Source: an uncultured delta proteobacterium
GTDB lineage: Bacteria; Desulfobacterota; Binatia; UBA9968
Assembly (NCBI GenBank): GCA_963737905.1
Contig: CAVTUQ010000043.1
Location: 12,555-76,554 of the forward strand
Direction: 5' to 3'
DNA: 64,000 bases
Of this stretch, positions 21,299 to 31,472 are shown in pieces. The first letter of the stretch is position 1. The number at the start of each line of letters is the position of its first letter. A program made the translations under genes and the position numbers. The notes below the pieces were generated by a model. That model made no database searches, was not told where the DNA came from, and saw only the letters and a program-made list of their open reading frames with translations.

Positions 21299-23357
21299 AC
21301 CGGGCAGCGCCTAGAGCCGAAAGGCGACCGCGAGCTGAGAGGCGGCGCGCAGGAGTCGAGCCGAAGAATAGAAGCAGGCTGCCGACGGATACGGCGTGGT
21401 TTTGGATTATTTTCGGCTGCGCATTTCTCGTCCGTTTACTCTACCTTGTGGAAATTGATTCAATTCCCCTCTTTTATAATCTTGCCGGCGACGGCCGGAC
21501 ATACGACCAGTGGGGGCAGAGAATCGCTGCCGGGGATTGGTTAGGGGAGGGAGTTTTTTATCAGGCACCCCTTTATCCCTACTTCCTTGGATTTCTCCAG
21601 GTAATCCTCGGGCATAATCTTTGGCTTATCCGGCTCATGCAGATCGCGCTTGGAGCGACTTCCTGCGCTTTGATTTTCCAAGCAGGCCGCAATCTATTTT
21701 CGCGCCAAGCTGGAATTGCCGCCGGTCTGATTCTCGCCTGCTATGCCCCAGGGATTTTTTTTGACGGTCTCATCGAGAAGAGCATCCTCGATTTTTTTCT
21801 TCTCGCGCTGCTTTTGTGGCTGTTGAGTCAAGCGGAGAAAGGACGGCAATGGAAGCAGTGGCTGGCCATTGGCGCTGTGCTGGGTCTGTTCGGGCTTTCA
21901 CGGGAGAATGCGCTTATTTTAGTTATGGTGGTGCCGGTTTGGATCGGACTCCATTTTTCTGATTCGCCCGTCTTGACTCGGTTGCAATGGGTGGGGATTT
22001 TCTTCGCCGGTCTGCTATTGGTGCTGGTTCCGGTGGGACTGAGAAATTTGACGGTCGGCGGTGAGTTCAAACTGACGACTTCTCAGTTCGGTCCGAATTT
22101 CTTTATCGGCAACAATTCCGCGGCCGACGGAACCTATGTGTCCGTCCGAAACGTGATTGGCGAGCCACAGCTGGAAGGGAAAGACGCCCAGCGCCTGGCC
22201 GAAAAAGCCTTGAATCGAAGCCTGACTCCCGGAGAAGTGTCCGATTATTGGCTGCAACAATCGTGGGACTATATTCGCTCCCAACCCGTCAGATGGATGG
22301 AGCTCCTCGGCAAGAAATGGTTGTTGGTCTGGAACGCCCATGAAATTGAAGACTCGGATGATTTCTACATCTATCAGCAGTGGTCCTGGTTGCTCAGTTT
22401 TCTCGGAGCAATCAACCATTTCGGAATCCTGGCTCCCCTAGCAGCTCTCGGCTGGTGGTTGACCCGTCATCAGTGGCGGCGCTTGTGGCTGCTCTACGCC
22501 ATGATATTCGCTCTCGCTTCGAGTGTCGCGATTTTTTACGTGTTCGGCCGCTATCGCTTTCCGCTCGTGCCATTGCTCGCGCTTTTTGCAGGCGCGGGGC
22601 TAGTGGGATCCGCGAGCCTGTACAAACAGCACGAATGGGGGTCTTTGCTGGCCGCGTTAAGCGTGTTGGTGTTTGTCGCCGTCGTCGCCAATTGGCCAAT
22701 CTACGGAATTCGCGGTCCGAGCCCCGGCGGTTATAACAACCTATCCAATGCATACTACAAGGAGGGCAGAGTAGACGAAGCCATTAAAACCGCTCTCAAG
22801 GCGCTCGAATTACAGCCCGATTACGGAGTCGCGCGTTACAATCTCGGTAACCTCTACGCTGCTCAGAAAAGATTCGATCTGGCCCAGAATAATTTCCAGG
22901 AAGCGCTGCGGCTCTATCCGAATTACGCGGAAGCCTATAGCAATTTTGGGCAGTTGATTGCGGAAAGGGGCGATATTGAGACGGGCATCCGCTATTTTCG
23001 TAAAGCCATCGAGCTTAACCCGTCGATCAGCAGGGCGCACCTTAACCTCGGCGTGGCGCTCGCCAAGCAGGGGCGAATCGAAGAGGCGGTCGCCCGCTTC
23101 AGGAAGCGGCGCGGTTGGCCCCGGAATCCGCCGAGGCCCGCAATTACCTGGGGAGCCTATACGCCGCTCAAGGCCGATACGATGACGCGGCAGTATTCTT
23201 TCGAGACGCGCTCCGAATCCAGCCGGATTACGCCCAAGCGCATCAGAGTTTGGCTCAACTCCTATTGTTGCAAGGGAAGAAGGAAGAAGCACGGCGGCAC
23301 TATGAAGAAGCACTGCGGCTCGGGAAACTCAGGGGAACCCCGTCAAACGTTCGCTGA
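21295..23357 (+). CDS. GT-C (ArnT/PMT-like) glycosyltransferase with C-terminal TPRs, frameshift near 23093
   Basis: DGRTYD, FYQAPLYPYFLG, NFFIGN, RYRFPLVP, many TM segments; TPR tail continues in ORF 23115..23357. Confidence 0.8.
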
Positions 23358-23452
23358 GCCATGGTCATAGATCTCTCTCGCATTTATCGGCGGTAATGCT
23401 AACGAGGGATAGGTAACCTGATACAAGGCTTTTATTATTATCATTTAAAAAA

Positions 23453-25366
23453 ATGGCCGGTCGTCTGAAAAGGCAAAAACTATCTGATCCCCGAAAATCC
23501 CAAATAGCACGTCGCAGCCGGAGCGACAACGGTATCGTGTCCGCGCCTGCTGAGGGAAGGTGGGAGTGGGCGGGTATCGTGTTCCTGGTGCTGGCGGTTG
23601 TCTGTGCGCTTGTTGTTTCCTGGCGCAAATGGCCAGACCCCTTGGTCGATTTTGGCCGAGAACTTTATCTCCCGTGGCGACTTAGCGAAGGGGACGTTCT
23701 CTATCGCGATATTGATCATCTCTATGGTCCGCTTTCCCACTATTTCAACGCATTGATCTTTCGCATCTTCGGCACAGGGATGATGAAAATCGTGGGGGTC
23801 AATCTGCTGATCTACTGCGCAAGCCTCGCTCTCATCTATTATGAGGTCCGCGTCGGATGGGGCCGGCTTGCCGCGTTCACCGGTTCTCTGCTGTTCATTT
23901 TGCTGTTCTCTTTTTCCCAGTTCGTACAAATCGGCAACTATAATTTTGCCACGCCCTATGCGCACGAGACAACGCACGGCTTTTTTCTCATCCTTGTGCT
24001 CATTCTCATCTGGGCGTCCTGGCTCCGCGAACCCCGCACATGGAAAACACTGGCCGCAGGGATTTGCTGCGGCTTGAGCGTGCTGCTCAAACCGGAGATC
24101 CTTCTCGCCGCCGCAACTGTCACTCTCTGCGCCTTAATGCGCGCGGCGCTTTTGCGACCGGGGTTTCGTTCCCTGAAGACTGTTCTTCGAAGTGGATTGG
24201 TCTTTCTTGCAGGCGGGTTATTGCCCGTTCTGATTGCGACACTCGGCTTTTGGAGTGCCTCTTCCTTTGGCGCGGCGTTATCGTGGTCCAACAACGCGTG
24301 GCTCAACCTGTTCAACTTCGCCCATATTGCCGAGGAGCCTACCCAGCGGATGTTTCTGGGTACGGCTAAGGTTGGTGAAAATCTAAGAGGTATACTCTTG
24401 TTGGGGCCGCTTTCCGTTTTGGCGATTTTTGCGGTGGGCCTCCTTTGCAAACGAATTGATCGCGCCAAAGTCGCCATCGGCGTGAGTGGTGTACTCGTCT
24501 TCGCGGCGGCGCTCCTTTCACTTGTGCTGCCTTGGCTTGAGTTAGGTAAGATTTTCCCCGCGTGGCTTTGCTTCGCGGTTCTGGCAGAGTTTTGGTGGAT
24601 GCCCCTGCTGGCTCCCCGGTCTCCTCTTGATATCACCTCTGCCGACATGCGATGGCTGCTTTTGATTGCGGCTGCGTCCTTTCTCACGCGAATGGCTCTG
24701 AATCCACGTTTTTTCCACTACGGCTACTATCAGGCCGCTCTTGCTGGAGCCGTTACCATGGCGGCCATCTTTCGCTCCATGCCGGATTTGCTGAAAATCC
24801 ACGGAAGCGGCCGCGCGACTTACACAATCGTCGTTGCAATTTGTCTGGCATCCGGGATTTGGCAGCTCGAGGAAATCTCCCTCCTATATCTCAAGCTCAA
24901 AACAACCCCCATCGCCGAAGGCCCCGATCGGTTTTATGGTTTTGAGCCTCGGGTCGAACCAACAGCCAGCCTCGTGGAGGAGGCTCGTCAAACGCTCATC
25001 ACCAGACCGAAGTGTAAAACTTTGGTCGCTCTGCCCGAAGGTGTGATGCTCAACTATCTCTTGCGAAAGCCGAGCACGATTCCTCAATTTATGCTGCATC
25101 CCTGGCTCATTCAGGGCGCCATGGGAGCGCGCTTGCTGGAAGGTCTGAAAACCCGACCGCCGGACTGTGTGGTGCTTATCAGCCGAGACATGCAAGAATT
25201 CGGAGTCTACCGTTTCGGAGACACGCCCGAGCATGGAAGCGAGATCCTTTCCTGGCTGGAAGGAAATTACAAACCCTTCCGGCAAATCGGTGGCGACCCA
25301 CTCGACGTCAACCAGCGAGGGGTGACTCTCTACGAGAGAAAGAAACCATCCGGCGATGCTCCTTGA
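23453..25366 (+). CDS. Polytopic membrane protein, probable GT-C glycosyltransferase
   Basis: DFGRELY, LYRD..YGPL, LKPE motifs; many TM segments and a periplasmic C-terminal domain. Confidence 0.7.
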   Translation: MAGRLKRQKLSDPRKSQIARRSRSDNGIVSAPAEGRWEWAGIVFLVLAVVCALVVSWRKWPDPLVDFGRELYLPWRLSEGDVLYRDIDHLYGPLSHYFNALIFRIFGTGMMKIVGVNLLIYCASLALIYYEVRVGWGRLAAFTGSLLFILLFSFSQFVQIGNYNFATPYAHETTHGFFLILVLILIWASWLREPRTWKTLAAGICCGLSVLLKPEILLAAATVTLCALMRAALLRPGFRSLKTVLRSGLVFLAGGLLPVLIATLGFWSASSFGAALSWSNNAWLNLFNFAHIAEEPTQRMFLGTAKVGENLRGILLLGPLSVLAIFAVGLLCKRIDRAKVAIGVSGVLVFAAALLSLVLPWLELGKIFPAWLCFAVLAEFWWMPLLAPRSPLDITSADMRWLLLIAAASFLTRMALNPRFFHYGYYQAALAGAVTMAAIFRSMPDLLKIHGSGRATYTIVVAICLASGIWQLEEISLLYLKLKTTPIAEGPDRFYGFEPRVEPTASLVEEARQTLITRPKCKTLVALPEGVMLNYLLRKPSTIPQFMLHPWLIQGAMGARLLEGLKTRPPDCVVLISRDMQEFGVYRFGDTPEHGSEILSWLEGNYKPFRQIGGDPLDVNQRGVTLYERKKPSGDAP

Positions 25367-25425
25367 AATTTCACGTTTTTCTTTGACGGACGCGATTATC
25401 AGCTGTGCTCTAAAGCTGCGAGCAG

Positions 25426-26289
25426 TCAGGCTTCAGAGTTTGTGCCCTTCGCCTTTCCCCAGGTCTCCGCGAGCGCAGCTTGCAAGGTCGAAGCCTGTGG
25501 AAGGACCGCCGACAGGTTCGTCGGGTGGTAGGGAGCCAAGTTGGTGATGTACCCTTTCAGATTGTCCACATCGATAGGTGCACGAATGCGGAGATATCGC
25601 AGGACCGAAAGCGGCAAAAGAAGGAAAGCCGCTGGAACTGAAACGAAGAGCACCTTGCGGTTCAGAATTGTTCGGAGCTGGCGCAGGAGCTCACCGAACG
25701 CCGGCATCTCCTCGTAATAGAAGTTGTACTGCTTCGCATCGTGAATTTGGAGGATTGTCTCCAACGCACGGCAGAGGTCATGGACACCAATGACAGTCAT
25801 GCGCGCATGCCCTCCGTCTAGAAGCGGGAGCACAGGAAAGCTCTGCATCACGCCTGCTATCTTCCCGAAGAGGCCTCCCTTTCCCAGGACCGTACCTGGA
25901 CGGACAATTGTATGGTTATTGCGGATGAAGTACTCCTCCTCTGCAAGCTTCGTCCGGCCATACTCGGAGACCGCGTCAGGCCGCGCGGAGATCGAGCTCA
26001 TGAGGATCTGTCGCTGCACCCCGGCGGCCGCGGCGGCCCGCTCCATGGCCAGTGTGCCTTTAATATTGGTGTTCATTGCGCCAGGCGTGAAGTCGTGCGC
26101 GGCGTGTATGATCGCATCGACTCCAGCGAGAGCAGCGCTCTCGATCGGCTCATCCAGGCGCCACGATATCGCGTGGAATCGTTCGCTGCTCGAACGGCTG
26201 GTGCCCGTAACTACGTAGCCGCGCTCCGAGAGCCGCGTGGCAAGATGGTGGGCGATGAAGCCGTTCAGACCTGTGATGAAGACGTTCAT
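25426..26289 (-). CDS. NAD-dependent epimerase/dehydratase (SDR)
   Basis: ITGLNGFIA Rossmann motif, SS, YGRTK catalytic motif, RPG. Confidence 0.85.
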   Translation of the reverse strand: MNVFITGLNGFIAHHLATRLSERGYVVTGTSRSSSERFHAISWRLDEPIESAALAGVDAIIHAAHDFTPGAMNTNIKGTLAMERAAAAAGVQRQILMSSISARPDAVSEYGRTKLAEEEYFIRNNHTIVRPGTVLGKGGLFGKIAGVMQSFPVLPLLDGGHARMTVIGVHDLCRALETILQIHDAKQYNFYYEEMPAFGELLRQLRTILNRKVLFVSVPAAFLLLPLSVLRYLRIRAPIDVDNLKGYITNLAPYHPTNLSAVLPQASTLQAALAETWGKAKGTNSEA

Positions 26290-27888
26290 CTCACCAGGTC
26301 CGCGCGGACTGCCCGCCCGATCCTGAGCGCGTTGGCCATGATCGTGAACGTCAGGTTTTTCGCCGGCAGGCGAGGGAACGCGGCGGCGTCGCCGACGTAT
26401 ACGGCCTTCGTCCCGGTCAGGAGTCCATTGCGGTTGGTCTCGTATCTCCGCTCCGCGCGCTCGCGCATGGGGAGCGGCCCCCCGTAGTGCACGCTAGCGC
26501 CCGGCTTGGGTACGCGGACGAAACGGGCGCTCGACCAGTATCCCATCCGGCGAAGAACCCGAAGGATGTGCCTCTCCACACCACCGGCCGGTAGTGCCTC
26601 GTACCGTAGGAGCAGGTTTCCCTTGGCGTCGATGCCGAGCGTGTTGGAAGGATGCGGCTCACCGGGGTAGTAAAGCTGCAAGAGCGCCACAGCCGGCAGC
26701 AAATATTTTGCGCCCGCAAGGCAGCCTCTCACGGATAAAGGAAAGTTGAATAGAAAGTCGGACCGTAGTAGTCCATCTACCGCGTAAATCATCCCCACAA
26801 GCGGCTCCGGCCACAGCGGCCCCACATAGAAGAGGTTGAGCTGTGAGTAGAACGATCGTTTCTCTAGGGGCATTCCGATCCGTCGCAACGATACGAGCGG
26901 AGCATACCGGTACGGGGTTTCCACCAAAGGAAGCCGGCTGCCGATATCGCCGTTCGCGTGGAGCACGAGACGAGCCGTGTTCAGAGCTCCGAGGCAGAGG
27001 ATCAGTTTGCGGGCTCGGAACACTCGGCGCTCCCCGCCTTCCAGCGGCCGCGCGCAAACCTCGACTGTGTCCTTATTTTCTCGGTACGTCTCTACGAAAT
27101 AGCCGGGACGATACTCGATCTCCCCACGCCGCACGAGATCCTCGAGCGTGAAAGCAGGGGAGAAAATAGCCGGGATCCGCGGCCGAAAAAACTCCAGGTT
27201 GTCATATGTGCATGCTTGGCGTCCGCCGTGATCACGCGTGAGGACTGCCAAGCGCGGATGTCCCAGATAAATGCCCTCACGCTGGAAATCTTCAGAGCGG
27301 CGCGTGTAGCGATCGAGGATCTCTCGACCGATCGCCGAGAGCTCGAGCGGCGGTTGCAGTCCTTGGGCACTGCCGTGAAAACGGGCAAGATCATCTTCCC
27401 TGCCGGATATTCCGATGTGTTGCGTGATTTCGTCGTAGAACGGTTCCAAGTCGGTGGCCCGAAGTGGAAAGCCAGCGGAGATCCGCATCATCGAAGCGAT
27501 AAACCTGAGCCCCCCAGGCATTCGCGAGTCCGCCGCCGGCGTAGCTCAGGAGCGGAACGAAGACGTCGGAGAACACATCAGGCGCGCCGGGCGGCCGTGC
27601 GAAAACCGGGCGCATCAGCGGCGACTTCACCTTGGGACTGAGTTCCGGCCCGTCAATCCAAGCGAGCGACTCGAAGCGGGTGCCTACGGTTTCGGTGAAC
27701 AGGGACTGGCGCTTCCGGAGATCGTAGAGATTGCCGTGGAGCGAGGTTGCTTCACCGAACCGTAATCCGGCGTCGATGACGACCGTCTTCGTTCCACTCA
27801 GGCCCAGGGCGACGAATGTCCCGGCCGCGCCCGAGCCGACGACGATGGCATCGTACACGGACTCTACATCAACGTCCGAAGCAACCAC
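26286..27888 (-). CDS. GMC-family FAD oxidoreductase, frameshift near 27478
   Basis: DAIVVGSGAAG, GGLANAWGA (ORF 27391..27888); LCLGALNTARL, VHYGG, GDAAAFP, NLTFTIMANA (ORF 26286..27521). Confidence 0.82.
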
Positions 27889-28304
27889 CGTCCTTTTAGA
27901 TATTTATGAACTGTGCGAAGACCGTGGAGTGCCAGGCAGTAAAAGCCGCCGGCACGCCGCCGCTCTTCGTTGACGAAATCAGAGTAATATTCCGGAAACG
28001 CCTCGGCAATATAGATGAGCAATTTGAACTTGTGACAGAGCACATGGTCTGGCTGCCGACTCCTGAGGACAACCTCAAGAGCTTCAAGGTCGGCTCCCTC
28101 TTCGAGGGCTCGCTGCATCCACTTCGACTCGGTCATGTCGAACCGCAGCAGAGCGACGCGGTGCGCTTCGGCATATCGCTGGGCAACTTCCTCGGAGACG
28201 TCACGACCGAATACAGCGCGATGGAGCGCAGACGCTTCCCGCCGAAGTTGTGCCGGATCACAGCTCATGCCGAAGAAGAGAGTCACCGGGCCTGCCGGCG
28301 ACAC
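27864..28304 (-). CDS. Hypothetical protein
   Basis: 146-aa ORF tightly packed between the GT2 and GMC genes on the same strand. Confidence 0.6.
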   Translation of the reverse strand: MSPAGPVTLFFGMSCDPAQLRREASALHRAVFGRDVSEEVAQRYAEAHRVALLRFDMTESKWMQRALEEGADLEALEVVLRSRQPDHVLCHKFKLLIYIAEAFPEYYSDFVNEERRRAGGFYCLALHGLRTVHKYLKGRWLLRTLM

Positions 28305-28318
28305 GAGCGTTACGACTC

Positions 28319-29203
28319 TTATCCTTTTCCTGGAAGAGCATGGCGCTCAGCACGTGAAAGCGACCCGCTTGTCCTCACATGACGCCGGCCGACCAACCCG
28401 CAGATGAGATTCAGCACGTAGCGGTGGCTGAACTGCAACACGTCAATTTTTGAAACGCCACCCTTGCGGCGATACTCGTGCGAGGGCAGCTCGATCACGC
28501 GGTAGCCCTGCTTCAGACACTTCATGGCCATCTCTTGCTCGATGGTGGTGATATCGCTGGTCAGGCCGATTGTCCGTCCGACTTCGGTGCGGATCGCTCG
28601 GAAGCCGTTTTGATAGTCAGTTAGCCGCACTCCGTAACGATAGTTGATGGAGAGGGAGATCATGAGACTCCCCATCAAACGAACGACCTCTCGAATCGAG
28701 CCAAACAATTCTTCGCTGCCACCCAGCATCCGAGAAGCCATCACCAGGTCGGCCTCGCCGGCGACGATGGGTGCCACGAGCGCCGGGATATCTTTCGGCT
28801 CGTGGGATCCATCCGCATCGATCAAAACGGTGATCGGATAGCGGGCTCGGGCAAGGCCGACTCGAACCGCATCTCCTTTGCCTCGACCGTTGTCCTGGAC
28901 TACACGGGCACCGCACCGCCGGGCGATTGCGACAGTCTCATCCGATGAGTGTCCATCGACCACGATGAGGTCATCGGTCATGTGACGCACGACCTCGAGC
29001 AGTTCGCCGATGGTCTCTTCCTCATTTCGGGCTGGCACGACGATACTGTAGGAGGATAGCGCTTGATCCTTGATGAGCTCGATGTTGCGAGGTGGAAAAC
29101 TCGATTCGGGATTTTCTTTCACGGGTTTCCCCCTTAAAGCACTTTTGACATGTTCAATCAAGTCCGCCAGAATTGGCAGGGGTCGTCCAACGGGATCCGA
29201 CAT
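28319..29203 (-). CDS. GT2 glycosyltransferase (polyprenyl-phosphate sugar synthase-like)
   Basis: SIVVPARNEE, VVDGHSSDET, GKGDA, IDADGSH motifs; start placed at ATG 29203, uncertain. Confidence 0.85.
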   Translation of the reverse strand: MSDPVGRPLPILADLIEHVKSALRGKPVKENPESSFPPRNIELIKDQALSSYSIVVPARNEEETIGELLEVVRHMTDDLIVVDGHSSDETVAIARRCGARVVQDNGRGKGDAVRVGLARARYPITVLIDADGSHEPKDIPALVAPIVAGEADLVMASRMLGGSEELFGSIREVVRLMGSLMISLSINYRYGVRLTDYQNGFRAIRTEVGRTIGLTSDITTIEQEMAMKCLKQGYRVIELPSHEYRRKGGVSKIDVLQFSHRYVLNLICGLVGRRHVRTSGSLSRAERHALPGKG

Positions 29204-29215
29204 GACAATGACACG

Positions 29216-29361
29216 GCCATTGGACTCAATCCATCCTTGAGTGGAACGTATTTGAATTTGGGAGTCGCGCTGGCGCGGCAAGCTCGGATCGAGAGGCTGT
29301 TGATCTGCAGAGTCTCGCCCAGTTGCTGTCTTTGCAAGGCAAAAAAAAGGAGGCGATGCAG
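29216..29361 (+). pseudogene. Remnant of a TPR-tail coding sequence
   Basis: Translates as AIGLNPSLSGTYLNLGVALARQARIE and QSLAQLLSLQGKKKEA, matching the tail of the 21295..23357 gene. Confidence 0.7.
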
Positions 29362-29435
29362 AGGCCCTTAGGTTCACGAGAAACGGGGCGCCGCGATAAG
29401 TCCTCCGTGAGCATGGCCGGGTCGCAGGAACTCGA

Positions 29436-31428
29436 TCACTGGCTGATGTGCAGGGTCAATGCGGCGGGCGGATCGATAATCTTGATGAAAGGAATGGGGT
29501 CATCATAGATCTTGACTGGGACGATTCTCGCCGGCGGGCTGGCTACGAGGCCTTCGGTCCAATGATACTTTAGGACAATCTCTTTCCCCTTTATCTCGGA
29601 CAGGTCAAGACGGTTGAGGCTCGCCTTGACCCTGCCTTCCCCTTGGAGAAACCAAGTCAATGGCTGATTCACTTTCATGAGGTGAGCCGGGCCCGCGCGT
29701 CGGTCGGAAGTGACCAATCCGGGCACGGACTGGATGCGCTGAACGGAGGCTGGATAAAAGGCCACCACAGCGCCGATGTTGTAAAGACGAAAGTAATTTC
29801 TGATTGCATCGTCGGTGAGGTTCCGGATGTCTTTCTTAAGAAATTTTCCCGAGTGAAACTCGGCGAAGTGGTGGCGGTCATTGTAAAGATTGATCGGCCC
29901 GCCGATCAGCTCGCGACCGGTCCAATGCGGGATAAACGAGGACAGATACATTCCGTCATAAGCAAAGCCGGTTTCATCCCCCGACTCTTCGAACAGCACT
30001 CGGCCATCGGCAGGTGTGTCCTGCTTGATCCATTCCACGATGGCATGCAGTTCCGGGCGAAGCTCAGTGCGAAGCAACATTTTCGCGCGCGTTTCGGTCT
30101 CGATAAGATTGAACAGAAAGGCCAAGAGGCCGCAGGCGGCGACCGCCGGCAGGACGTAAGACCGGGAGGATAGAGATCGCCGGGCTAATCCATGGACTAT
30201 CGATGTAAGAAGCCGCCAAGGTTAAGAAGAGATCAAGGGGAACCTTGAAGCGAAGGGGTTGCCAGCTTTTCACGAAAGGCATTAGAGAACCAAAGTAGGC
30301 AAGGAAGAAGAGAACAAGAGAGGCGCTGGCGAGCATGACGCCGGCAGCCCGGTTTTCATCCCGCAGAAGTCTCCACATCCCCCAGGAGCCGAGGAAAAGT
30401 AACATCAAGCGGAAACCTTTTTCCAAAAAGGACGGGCGAAAGCTCCAGTAACCGCTTGGCCCGAGGTAGTCTTTGATAAAGGTAAACGGATCGATACTAG
30501 TGAATAGCGGCAATTGATCGACGATCGCCGAGGCAACGTCGTCGCTGCGATGATGAAATGCGGGAACCAGCCACGGCAGGTTTACGAGAATCGAAAGAGC
30601 GGCGCCCACAACGGTCCAAATCAATAGATTACGCCGGAAGACATCGCGTTGGACGACGAGGAGAGCAATCATCGGCGGCAGAAATATCACAATGGATTGA
30701 ACGTGAAGGGGTAGAATAACCAGTGCGAGCACAAGCCAGCCAAGATGAGCGGGACTCCACAAAGCGGGCGTTTTGGCGATTCGATACAAAAGGGTAACTC
30801 CCAAGACGCTGGCATAAGAAGCAGGCGCATAACCCACCATGCCGTAGAAAAACATTTCTCTCGGTAAAGAGTTCCACCAGTAGGCCGTTCCCAACAGTGC
30901 CGCCACCAGTGCCGCGCTGTTTTTGATGTCATCTCGATCAAAAAAAAGATTGCGCGCGGCAAAATACATGAGCCAAGGAATGCACGCCATCGAGAGAAAC
31001 GCCAGAATCTTGAACCACTGGATCGGAGCCAGTCCAAGGGTTGAGAGAGCGAGGGCCGCGAATTCGAAAAATTTGATGCTTAAATCCTGAATCGTATTCG
31101 ACGGGTAGCCGGCCATAAAAAGGGGGTTGTAGCCCCAGAAAGCCTGATCCTGGTGCCAAAACGCCTCCATAGACTTGAGATGATGAAAATGAAGGCCCCA
31201 GTCCTGCTCAATAATGGGTTGATTGTTAAAGAGGCCGGACAAGGGAACAAACAGAGAAGCCAAACCCAAACTGTGAAGTAAGAACAAGATTCCGGTCCAC
31301 GTCAAGGAAACTCGCGCGTTGGGCCAGACTGACGGGGTTTTCTGCAGCGATCGAGCTTCCGAGGTGCGTCGCGTCTTGTTCTTCTTACCGGCCTTTTTAG
31401 CTGTCATTTGTCGCTGATTGACCGACAT
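29436..31428 (-). CDS. Polytopic membrane protein, probable GT-C clan, frameshift near 30130-30200
   Basis: ORFs 30064..31428 and 29436..30125; QDWGLH, WGYNPLFMAGYP, QPLRF motifs; soluble C-terminal domain. Confidence 0.6.
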
Positions 31429-31472
31429 TCAATGAGACATCGGCTGTCCTGCAGAGCTGAGCCGCGTCCATG

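Noticed and set aside
29204-29377. N-terminal extension of GT2 ORF 28319..29377
   Set aside because: It is the antisense of the TPR remnant, not GT2-like sequence
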